Shown here: positions 1 through 7,931 of the stretch, piece after piece
Numbering within the stretch: position 1 is the first letter of the stretch
How the letters are laid out: each line of letters begins with the position of its first letter
Assembly (NCBI GenBank): GCA_043816785.1
Contig: JBDRHP010000006.1
Coordinates: 1 to 16,354, forward strand
Origin: Candidatus Margulisiibacteriota bacterium
GTDB lineage: Bacteria; Margulisbacteria; WOR-1; O2-12-FULL-45-9
Reading direction: 5' to 3'
DNA length: 16,354 nucleotides
Made by a program: the position numbers and the translations under genes
The notes under the pieces: model-generated
Told to the model about the DNA's origin: nothing
Databases searched by the model: none
Seen by the model: the letters and a program-made list of their open reading frames with translations, nothing else

Positions 1-2
1 TT

Positions 3-83
3 TTCCTGGCTGCGTCTAAAGAAAAAAACATGGTCGATGAATCCTTAATCGAAAAGATTGTTCAGGAGTGGGAAACTTTGTAG
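3..83 (+). CDS. 3' end of a partial ORF ([26 protein letters not shown]), possibly a transposon-associated ExeA/TnsC-like AAA+ ATPase C-terminal helix
   Basis: Open frame 3 from the window edge to TAG at 81-83. The pattern LAA-x-K-x-x-VDE-x-x-I resembles C-termini of ExeA-type ATPases as I recall them, but only 26 aa are visible. Confidence 0.45.
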   Translation, partial: FLAASKEKNMVDESLIEKIVQEWETL

Positions 84-91
84 CTTTTTTC

Positions 92-133
92 GGGTATTTT
101 AATCTGGGATGTTAGGGGTAGATTAATGTGGGA
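92..133. repeat. Two 18-bp imperfect direct repeats with 24-bp period (putative transposase binding sites)
   Basis: GGGTATTTTAATCTGGGA (92-109) vs GGGTAGATTAATGTGGGA (116-133): 15/18 identical, ending 7 bp inside the element terminus at 140. Confidence 0.8.
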
Positions 134-140
134 CATAACA

Positions 141-1483
141 ACCAGGGCCCTCTCCTTGCGCTTGATCACCACCCTTATCTCTTTGATAAGGTCATCTATC
201 TGCCCTTTAGTCTGCCTGACAACTAACTCCGGATCGATCAAACCTGTAGGGCGAATGATCTGCTCAGCCACTTGCTGGGAATGCTGGTGTTCATAATCAG
301 CCGGGGTAGCCGAGACAAAAACAACTTGGCTCAAGCGTTTTTCAAATTCTTTAAATTTCAACGGCCGGTTATCCAAGGCCGAAGGCAGGCGAAAACCAAA
401 CTCTACCAGATTTTCCTTTCGGGCCTTATCCCCCGCATACATGCCATTGATCTGGGGAACAGTAATATGTGACTCATCGATAAATAAAAGGTAATCATCT
501 GGAAAGTAATCCATTAAAGTTCCCGGGGGTTCTCCCGGCGCCCGACCGTCCAAATGACGGGAATAGTTCTCAATCCCATTGCAGTAACCCATTTCCTTGA
601 TCATCTCAAGATCATATTTTGTCCGTTGTTCCAAACGCTGGACCTCTAACAACTTATTCTGCTGCCTTAGTTCTGCTAAACGCAACTTGAGTTCTGCTTC
701 GATCGACTCTAAAGCCTGGTTAAGCTTTTTTTTATAGGTCACATAATGGGTCGCGGGATAGATCCCGACAAATCCCCGGCTATAAAGCACCTGCCGGGAA
801 ACAGTTTCCACTTCAGAAATCTTGCCCACCCGGTCACCCGTTAATTCGATCCTGACAAAATTTTTGTCATAGGCCGGCTGGACCTCTATCACGTCCCCCC
901 TGACCCTGAATTTACCACGGGAAATCTCAACATCGTTCCTTTCATAGCGGGTAGAGACCAGATGATCAATGATCTCTTCCCGGGTGATCGACTGCCCCAG
1001 TTTCAGGATCAGCGTACTGGCCTTATAGTCCTCAGGCTGACCCAAACCATAAATACAGGAGACCGAAGCCACCACAATAACGTCCCGCCGCTCCAGAACA
1101 GACATGGTGGCTTCATGGCGCAGCCGATCTATTTCCTCGTTGATCGAAGAATCTTTCTCAATATAAGTATCTGAAGACGGGATATAGGCCTCTGGCTGAT
1201 AATAGTCGTAAAAGCTGACAAAATATTCAACCGCGTTCTGCGGAAAGAAGCTGCGAAACTCCTGGCACAGCTGAGCAGCCAGAGTTTTATTGGGAGAAAT
1301 GACCAAGGTTGGCTTTTGTACCGCCTCGATCACATTAGCCATGGTAAAGGTTTTACCAGAACCAGTAACCCCCAAAAGCGTCTGGTATTTGTTTCCGGCT
1401 TCCACACCCTTTATCAAGTTTTTAATGGCACCGGGCTGGTCCCCCATGGGCTTAAATTTTGAAACAAGCTTAAATTTAGACAT
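141..1483 (-). pseudogene. uvrB: Excinuclease ABC subunit B, 5' ~447 codons, interrupted by an insertion
   Basis: Motifs [63 protein letters not shown] and EQIIRPTGL are present. Homology ends at ERALV, where TTLTK is expected, and reads into 25 unrelated codons to a stop at 62-64. Likely start is ATG 1483 (MSKFKLV). Confidence 0.9.
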
Positions 1484-1490
1484 CTCTAGA

Positions 1491-1519
1491 ATTATAACAA
1501 TAAACCTGAAATTAAACAA
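1491..1519 (-). promoter_or_regulatory. Sigma70-type promoter of uvrB, probably leaderless
   Basis: TTGTTT (1519-1514), 17 bp, TATAAT (1496-1491) in an extended TGTTATAAT; ATG follows 7 nt downstream with no Shine-Dalgarno. Confidence 0.65.
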
Positions 1520-1548
1520 AAATGCTGACGAAAAAGAAGTGAGACATT

Positions 1549-2655
1549 ATGCCAAAACCAATTTGTTACGGAATATCCAGTAAATTATGGTACGGGTTGA
1601 CCAGGCTCTTCAAATCAAACCTTTCTTTGAGAAGTGCTACCCATGCTCGGCAGCACCAGCCAGTGGTGATCGCGGTAGGCGGCAATTCCTTAGCTGGCGC
1701 GGAAAAACAAACCGTTAGAAATATAATGGAATTAGCAAAAAGCCACCGGGTCGTAATTACTCACGGGAACGGCCCCCAGGTCGGCGACAAATTAGCAGGG
1801 GCTGAAGCCACCGGACTGGTTAAATCGTTAGGTGAATGCACAAGAGAAACACAAGTCGAGATCGGGCAAGAACTAAGAGAAGGCATGCAGAAAGTTTCCG
1901 GCCTTGCCTTCCATGCGCTGCGGCCGGAAGTCATCCAAACTTATGTTATTGTTGATCCCAAAGATCCTGCTTTTCAAAGGCCAACTAAATATATTGGCCA
2001 GGAATTCTCCTGGGATGAGATCGGGTTCAGCTGCACCAAAGGAGATAACGATCTTTTTAATTGGCATACCGGCAGCCTCACCTATCAGTTGAAACAAGTT
2101 CCGGGAAAACCAGGCATACTCCGTCGGGTTGTCCCTTCACCAAAGCCGATTAGTATCCATCCAGATAACCTTAGGGACATCAAACGCGCCATATTTCTTG
2201 GTAAAATGGTAATCGCAGCCGGCGGCGGCGGCATCCCGGTTTTGCCTGACGGAAGCCCGGTTGAAGCGGTAATTGACAAAGACCTGGCCACTGCCCTGCT
2301 GTGCCGTGAAATTAAAGCGCGATCATTAATTATTTCCACCGGGGTCCGCCACGTGGCGCACAATTTTCAAAATCCTTTTCAAGAAGACATCCTTTACTAT
2401 CAGCTCCAGGACGCCTTGTGGAACTTGAGGCGAGGCCAATATCCCGCAGGAGCTATGGGAGAAAAGATCGAGGCAGTGATCAACGCCCTAAGGTTCGGCG
2501 TTAATTCCGCCTTAATTACCCATCCCGAGGCGCGCTGGATAAATAACGAGGGCACAACAATTACCCGCGGTCTTGATCTCAGCGGCAGGCTCTATAATCT
2601 GATCAGATTTACCGGACTCATCTCCCGAGACTTGCAGCGCTGGCTAGTTACCTAA
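1549..2655 (+). CDS. Carbamate kinase-like protein (amino acid kinase family), divergent, with N- and C-terminal extensions
   Basis: VVIAVGGNSL, ITHGNGPQVG, VDPKDPAFQRPTKYIG, RRVVPSPKP, GGGGIPV, EAVIDKDLA and GAMGEKIEA are ArcC-type motifs. Confidence 0.85.
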   Translation: MPKPICYGISSKLWYGLTRLFKSNLSLRSATHARQHQPVVIAVGGNSLAGAEKQTVRNIMELAKSHRVVITHGNGPQVGDKLAGAEATGLVKSLGECTRETQVEIGQELREGMQKVSGLAFHALRPEVIQTYVIVDPKDPAFQRPTKYIGQEFSWDEIGFSCTKGDNDLFNWHTGSLTYQLKQVPGKPGILRRVVPSPKPISIHPDNLRDIKRAIFLGKMVIAAGGGGIPVLPDGSPVEAVIDKDLATALLCREIKARSLIISTGVRHVAHNFQNPFQEDILYYQLQDALWNLRRGQYPAGAMGEKIEAVINALRFGVNSALITHPEARWINNEGTTITRGLDLSGRLYNLIRFTGLISRDLQRWLVT

Positions 2656-3248
2656 AGCAGGTCAATTGTTTTTTTGGCCAGGCCGCGCAGTGTTCCATTA
2701 TTCTGGATCACTACATCAGCGATCTTCAAATATTCCCTCTGGCTCATCTGCGACCGCAAACGGGCATTGGCCTCTGCCCTGTTTAAGCCCTGTTTTAAGA
2801 GCCTGCTTAATCTTTTGTCCTTCGCTGACATGACCACCCAGACCTCATCAACGCAATTAATTAAGCCAATTTCTCTTAGCACTGCCGCATTGATCACTAT
2901 CAACTTACAACTAACAACTAACAACTTACAATTTTCTACCATTTCAATAATAGCTTCTCTTAAAAATGGATGGATGATTCGATTCAACCGAAGAAGCTTA
3001 CTTTTGTCCGAAAAAACAACCTCCCCTAATTTCTTCCGGTTGACTTTTCCTCCCCGATTGAGAATCTTTGAGCCAAACACCCTGACCAGCTCATGCCAGA
3101 CAGGAGACTGCGTGCTATATAATGTATGGGCGATCTTATCCGCATTAATAATAACTGCCCCGCGGCGTCGCAGCACTTTCGCCACCGCATCTTTTCCAGA
3201 ACCAATCGGTCCAGTTAGGCCTATTATTTTCACAACATCAGGCAACAT
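2652..3248 (-). CDS. coaE: Dephospho-CoA kinase
   Basis: IIGLTGPIGSGK Walker A, ADKIAH, NRKKLGEVVF, LNRIIHP, RLRSQ, ADVVIQNNG; 198 aa. Confidence 0.93.
   Translation of the reverse strand: MLPDVVKIIGLTGPIGSGKDAVAKVLRRRGAVIINADKIAHTLYSTQSPVWHELVRVFGSKILNRGGKVNRKKLGEVVFSDKSKLLRLNRIIHPFLREAIIEMVENCKLLVVSCKLIVINAAVLREIGLINCVDEVWVVMSAKDKRLSRLLKQGLNRAEANARLRSQMSQREYLKIADVVIQNNGTLRGLAKKTIDLL
2901..2935. repeat. Heptamer tandem repeat inside coaE
   Basis: CAACTTA CAACTAA CAACTAA CAACTTA CAATTTT; encodes ENCKLLVVSCKL on the minus strand. Confidence 0.8.
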
Positions 3249-3256
3249 TATGTAAT

Positions 3257-3265
3257 ATTATAGCA
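3257..3265 (-). promoter_or_regulatory. Extended -10 promoter of coaE, probably leaderless
   Basis: TGCTATAAT, 8 nt upstream of ATG 3248, no Shine-Dalgarno. Confidence 0.6.
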
Positions 3266-3276
3266 GAGATTCGTCC

Positions 3277-3305
3277 TTGACAAAAACCTTAGACTAAAAT
3301 AGAAT
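3277..3305 (+). promoter_or_regulatory. Near-consensus sigma70 promoter of the envelope operon, probably leaderless
   Basis: TTGACA (3277-3282), 17 bp, TAGAAT (3300-3305), then 7 nt to ATG 3313. Confidence 0.8.
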
Positions 3306-3312
3306 TCTATCA

Positions 3313-5247
3313 ATGCGGTTCGCCAGGCGATTGATTTTAATCTACTTATCTTGTTTGCTTCTAGCGTCTTTTGTCCAGGCAGCTGACATTGACTTCCCCT
3401 ACGGCAGGTTTAGTTTAAGGCTCCCACCGGCTGAAGACCCCTTTCCCGGTTTGGGCAATTATTACAGCACGCTCTCCAAAGGCATGAAAAGCGCGCTCTG
3501 GAACCCAGCTTCTTTGGGCAAACTTGAACTTTCTGAAGCTGCCTTTTCCACACGGACTGCGCTGGAAAGCTATAACTATGAGAGAAGCTTTAATGTCGAT
3601 GAGATCGGTGAAGCCTTCTCAATGGATGGCGGCAGCGGCTCGGCTGGGCAGTATGGAATATTCTTCCGTCAGCCTCAGGATATTGGCTCAGGCATTAACA
3701 CCAAAGAAGTTGAGGTGCTGTCTCATGTAAATTATGCCACGGACAGCACCGGACAAAATTTTAGCTCGGCTTTGAAGGTCAACGACTGGGTAACTGTCGG
3801 GTTTGCCACCAATAGCCCGATTGGGATCAACGGCAATCTGGCTGGCGCTTTCCCGGTCACGGCCAGAGCGATCACTGATTTTAATGGCCAGACCATGGGC
3901 GATATGCAGATCACCGCTGACGGTAAACTCCAATACACCTTTGACCCTGGGGGCGGCAGCCTGACCACCTACGAGAGCACCCAACCCCTCTGGTCGGGCT
4001 TTATTACTCAGGAAGCAACCATCCCTTTAACAACGATTATTGAAGGCAGCAATAACATTGATATTCAGGCCCCTTACATAGGGACCATTGCGTCAGAATT
4101 CGGCAAGTTTTACGTTGGCCTAAACATGATCCCTATCTCTGCCACAGCCAACATTGACAATGATCTGCGCGGTGTAATTAGTTCGGATACAGAAGACGCG
4201 TTCCTCTACACCCCTAATTTTGATCCAAACAACGAAAGCGAGTTAGCTAACTGGATCAATGATCCAGATCAATACGCCACCCAGGCTGGTTACAAGCGCA
4301 AACAGATCAGACTGCCCTCCGGAGAAATCATCGCCAACGGCAAATATCGCGGCTTCTATACCGCTAGTACAACCCGCTTTGATCTAGGCGCCATGTATGA
4401 TGTAACTGATTGGCTAACCGTTGGAATTGTCATGGAAAATTTGCTCGGCTCAACCCTTAACATGAAAGGCAACGGTATTGCCAGCTACTTAACTTACCGA
4501 GACATAGATACAGCTGAAGCAGATAACCTGTCTGACATAATTCAACCGGGCGGCCAGGACAGTTACGATTTGATCAGCGACCGCTGGGTCACAACATATG
4601 AAGCAGGCAGCTACCAGTTATATCTTGAACCAGAGAAAAACTACCAACTGCCAAAAAGGCTGCGCTTTGGCTTTGCCTTAAAAAGACCCTTTCTGATCGC
4701 AATTGATTTTGAACAAAACCAAACGCCCATAGAAGTCCGCTACATGGAAAACAACCTGCTCAAGGATGTCTCCATCAGCAATATTAATCTTATGCGGATC
4801 GGCACGGAAACAAGGTTATTCATGTTCCCCATGTGGCTCAGGAGTGGGGTAACCCTACTTTTCAAACCAACTGTTACCGGACTTGACGCAAGCGCCCAGC
4901 AAAGCCTTGATAGTGCTTTTCAATTTGGCGTGCTGCCCTTAAAATTCGATCTGGGATCAGACATCAATTTCTGGGGCACGATCGTCGGCGGGGCCTTTGG
5001 CGTAAACGGGCAAAGCATATTTAATTTACTCCAGCTCGACACCACCAATATTGACTTAAGCAAATTGGTTTATTACGATATTCACGCGACTAGAGACGCC
5101 TGGCAGGTATCATACCTCGCTTCGGTTGACCCGACAGCCACGGCCGGAGCTTACGGCACCAAAACAGTTCCAGCCGGCCAGAAGAAAGAATTTGAGGTTT
5201 CGGACTTAAAATTTATCCAAACATTGGGAGTGACATATAGGTTCTAA
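3313..5247 (+). CDS. Putative outer-membrane beta-barrel protein, FadL/PorV-like with large insertions
   Basis: Signal peptide (MRFARRLILIYLSCLLLASFVQA), SALWNPASLG motif like the FadL/PorV NPA motif, alternating strands (DWVTVGF, FDLGAMYDVTDWLTVGIVMENL, PKRLRFGFAL) and a C-terminal BAM-type signal QTLGVTYRF. Confidence 0.7.
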   Translation: MRFARRLILIYLSCLLLASFVQAADIDFPYGRFSLRLPPAEDPFPGLGNYYSTLSKGMKSALWNPASLGKLELSEAAFSTRTALESYNYERSFNVDEIGEAFSMDGGSGSAGQYGIFFRQPQDIGSGINTKEVEVLSHVNYATDSTGQNFSSALKVNDWVTVGFATNSPIGINGNLAGAFPVTARAITDFNGQTMGDMQITADGKLQYTFDPGGGSLTTYESTQPLWSGFITQEATIPLTTIIEGSNNIDIQAPYIGTIASEFGKFYVGLNMIPISATANIDNDLRGVISSDTEDAFLYTPNFDPNNESELANWINDPDQYATQAGYKRKQIRLPSGEIIANGKYRGFYTASTTRFDLGAMYDVTDWLTVGIVMENLLGSTLNMKGNGIASYLTYRDIDTAEADNLSDIIQPGGQDSYDLISDRWVTTYEAGSYQLYLEPEKNYQLPKRLRFGFALKRPFLIAIDFEQNQTPIEVRYMENNLLKDVSISNINLMRIGTETRLFMFPMWLRSGVTLLFKPTVTGLDASAQQSLDSAFQFGVLPLKFDLGSDINFWGTIVGGAFGVNGQSIFNLLQLDTTNIDLSKLVYYDIHATRDAWQVSYLASVDPTATAGAYGTKTVPAGQKKEFEVSDLKFIQTLGVTYRF

Positions 5248-5249
5248 TC

Positions 5250-7931
5250 ATGGTAAATGCAAAAATATATAATAACATTCGTTCATTCGTTTTCTATTCG
5301 TTGATAGCAGTCTTTGGAATTTGGAGTTTGGGATTTGGAATTTCTGCTGAGGCTGCGATTGTTTCCCATCCTGAACTGACCAGTCTTACGGATAGCACCA
5401 TGATCATTACCTGGAGCACGACTGATGAAGCCTCGACCACAGAAATTCAGTATGGCATCGGCAACCTTAGCAGTTCCGCTTCCTTGTCCGGAACCACCAA
5501 ATACCATTATCAGGAGATCAGCGGCCTTTACCCTAATACAACTTATCAGTACAGGATAAAATCAGGCTCCACGCTCTATCCGCCTGCGTCAATGTCCCCC
5601 CTAACTTTTAAGACTTTAGCCAAGCCTAGTGGCGATTATTTATTTAGTTTTGCGGTGATAAACCGCCTGCGATATACTGATAACTTAAAGTCAGACACCA
5701 TGGGCGCCCGTGGGGTTCCCTTTACCAAAGGCACGCCGATTATCACCGCTGAGGTAGCTGACATCAACAATCACAATGTGGCTTTTACCGTGATAAACGG
5801 CAACATTGCGGACGCGAGTCAGGATACTCCGGCCACTTATACCAACCAGATCAGTTCAAAACTCAAAGGCATGTTTGAAAACCTCCAGGGTGCTGCTAAT
5901 TTGCCTTCCAGCGTTGCTTATAAATATCTGGCTCTTCCCGGCTATCATGATAAAGCAGCAACCTATTCTGCCGGTGATTGGATTGCCAGCAACTTAGGCC
6001 CGCTCACGACTGATCCCGCCAGCACCGAAAGCAGATACGGTTACACCTCCCCCGCGGATGTAAATAAAGATTCGGTTTTTAATTACCAGTTCAAGTACAA
6101 CTATTATAATTTTATTTTCCTGGATTCTGTCAAAGCTGATTCCGGCGGACTGGTAAGCCTTGAGGCTCTTAACAACCATCTTTCCGCTGAGTCAAATTCC
6201 AAAACTTTTGTTTTCCTTAGCTATCCTCCCTATGACATAGATAATATCAATGGGGAAAAAGACTACCCAACCAGCCTCCCCACTGACGAAGCGGGCGCTG
6301 TAAAAATAACCAACGATGAAGCCTTCCGCGCTACTGTTGAGGCTTATAAGGATCAGTATGGCAACCCAATTGTTGGCGCAGTTGTCTATGGCCATTTAAG
6401 CGATAACTACAAGCGCGAGATCAATGATATTGCTTATGTCAGACAGGGGCCGGCTGTCGGCTTCCCAACCGGCTATTCCATTTATAAAGTTTATACCAAT
6501 GGATTTGTTAAAACATTTTACAAATGCAGCGCCAGAGACGGCACTGACAAACCCTATTATGAATACGCGAGGGACCAGATCAGCGCTGAAGCAGGCTTCC
6601 CAGCAGATGTTTTATCCTCGTTCTGGCTGGGCTCAAACAGCTTGCGCAACTTTACTGTAAGCTATCCTTTTATTCCGGGCGTTTCTCCAGCAGTCTCTTC
6701 AGTTGCCCCGGCAAGCAATGAATCAACGGTAGCTTTAAACAGGCCGATTCTCATCAGATTTAACAAGCGCATGTCAGACCAAAACTTGAGCAATTGGGTT
6801 ACTGTCTCCCCATCTGTGGGAACATTAACCGCCGGTTTTGTTGACAGCAACCGGACCATTCTCAAAATATCCCATGCCACTGATTTTACTGTTAACCAGA
6901 GCTATGCAGTTACCGTAAAAGCCTCAGAAGTCAAAGATGAAGGCTTAACTGCCATGGGTTCGGATTATGTCTTTTCTTTTGACACAATTGGCGGATCAAA
7001 AGACACTAATCCGCCAACTGCTTCGATTAACGCCTTACCCAATAACACAACAACCAATCCCTTCCCTTCCTTTTCCGGCATTGCTTCTGATGAAAGCGGA
7101 GTGGCTAATGTGGAATACCGTATTGACAGCGGCTCCTGGATCACAGCCGAAGCCATAGACGGGACATTCAGCTCAACCAGCGAGGTTTTTATAATAATTT
7201 TAGCCTCCCCTCTTTCTAACGGCTCACACGTAATTTGGTTGAGGACAACAGACGGCGCCGGCAACACCAGCACCACCGGGTTCTCCGCCTACTCCTTTAG
7301 CGTGGCTGAGGACAAACCAACGATTTCCATCACAATTGACAGCAGCAGGCCAATTCCTGGTGACCCGATCAGCAGCACGCCCAAAATAGAGATCACGGTT
7401 GTTTCCGCCAATGCCCTGCAAAGCGGCAGAATAACTGTTGATACCACCCAGACAGCGCTCACCTTTGTGCAAACAGCCACCAACTATCTGGCAACCCATG
7501 AAGTGCTGACCGCTCTGGCGGACGGCGTTCATGGTCTAACAGTTGAAGCCTTTGATGTTTTGGGCAAAGCCGCAACCTATGAAGTTACTTCCTTATACGT
7601 CCAATCAGCTGGCGACGTAACTATTCAAGGTATTCCATTAAATTATCCTAATCCTTTTGATCCCGGCAGCCAAACTACGACCATCAGCTACACCCTGTCG
7701 AAACCGGCCAATATTACTTTGAGTTTTCATGATCTGGCCGGCAATTTGATCGCCAAAAGGAGCTATACCGCAAATCTGGCTGGCGGGCGGGCCGGCTACA
7801 ACGAAGTTACCTGGGACGGAAAATCAGACTCCGGCAATTATGTTGGCAACGGCATTTATCTTTACCTCATTATCGTTGATGGAAAAGTGGCCCAGAACGG
7901 CAAAGGAAAATTAACGGTCTTTAAACGATGA
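5250..7931 (+). CDS. Secreted multidomain protein: FN3/purple-acid-phosphatase N domain, degenerate metallophosphoesterase, Ig-like (SbsA/Big-type) domains, C-terminal T9SS-CTD/FlgD-Ig-like domain
   Basis: Signal peptide ending AEA; LTDSTMIITWSTTDE...ISGLYPNTTYQYRI (FN3); VSSVAPASNESTVALNRPILIRFNKRM (Big_5-like); DTNPP...SGIASDESGVANVEYRID...TDGAGN (Ig-like); NYPNPFDP...TISYTL...HDLAGNLI...WDGKSDSGNYVGNGIYLY...GKLTVFKR (CTD). Confidence 0.8.
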   Translation: MVNAKIYNNIRSFVFYSLIAVFGIWSLGFGISAEAAIVSHPELTSLTDSTMIITWSTTDEASTTEIQYGIGNLSSSASLSGTTKYHYQEISGLYPNTTYQYRIKSGSTLYPPASMSPLTFKTLAKPSGDYLFSFAVINRLRYTDNLKSDTMGARGVPFTKGTPIITAEVADINNHNVAFTVINGNIADASQDTPATYTNQISSKLKGMFENLQGAANLPSSVAYKYLALPGYHDKAATYSAGDWIASNLGPLTTDPASTESRYGYTSPADVNKDSVFNYQFKYNYYNFIFLDSVKADSGGLVSLEALNNHLSAESNSKTFVFLSYPPYDIDNINGEKDYPTSLPTDEAGAVKITNDEAFRATVEAYKDQYGNPIVGAVVYGHLSDNYKREINDIAYVRQGPAVGFPTGYSIYKVYTNGFVKTFYKCSARDGTDKPYYEYARDQISAEAGFPADVLSSFWLGSNSLRNFTVSYPFIPGVSPAVSSVAPASNESTVALNRPILIRFNKRMSDQNLSNWVTVSPSVGTLTAGFVDSNRTILKISHATDFTVNQSYAVTVKASEVKDEGLTAMGSDYVFSFDTIGGSKDTNPPTASINALPNNTTTNPFPSFSGIASDESGVANVEYRIDSGSWITAEAIDGTFSSTSEVFIIILASPLSNGSHVIWLRTTDGAGNTSTTGFSAYSFSVAEDKPTISITIDSSRPIPGDPISSTPKIEITVVSANALQSGRITVDTTQTALTFVQTATNYLATHEVLTALADGVHGLTVEAFDVLGKAATYEVTSLYVQSAGDVTIQGIPLNYPNPFDPGSQTTTISYTLSKPANITLSFHDLAGNLIAKRSYTANLAGGRAGYNEVTWDGKSDSGNYVGNGIYLYLIIVDGKVAQNGKGKLTVFKR
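5313..5343. repeat. Heptamer tandem repeat within signal-peptide coding region
   Basis: TTTGGAA TTTGGAG TTTGGGA TTTGGAA TTT encoding FGIWSLGFGI; three ATTCGTT copies lie just upstream (5277, 5285, 5296). Confidence 0.75.

Larger units (their letters stand above)
1..140. mobile_element. End of a probable DDE-transposase/AAA+ ATPase transposon (IS21/Mu/Tn7-like end architecture) inserted in uvrB; continues beyond the window start
   Basis: UvrB homology stops at 141. On the minus strand the new sequence begins 5'-TGTTATGTCCCACATTAAT from 140. It carries two 18-bp imperfect direct repeats (92-109, 116-133) and the 3' end of an unrelated + strand ORF stopping at 83. Confidence 0.75.

Noticed and set aside
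92..140. Repeats as a CRISPR array or intron boundary
   Set aside because: Only two copies with a 6-bp gap, and no group II intron GUGCG 5' end at the junction; a transposon end fits better.
62..1519. 485-aa ORF as a complete UvrB starting at 1519
   Set aside because: The first 12 codons span the promoter, and the last 25 are read-through into inserted DNA.
1508..1534. Possible sigma28-like promoter (GACGAAAA) upstream of the carbamate kinase-like gene
   Set aside because: Two mismatches to GCCGATAA and no properly spaced TAAA -35 element.
1484..1548. LexA/SOS box upstream of uvrB
   Set aside because: No CTGT-N8-ACAG or GAAC-N4-GTTC palindrome is visible.
2674..3255. 193-aa + strand ORF
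   Set aside because: Antisense shadow of coaE.
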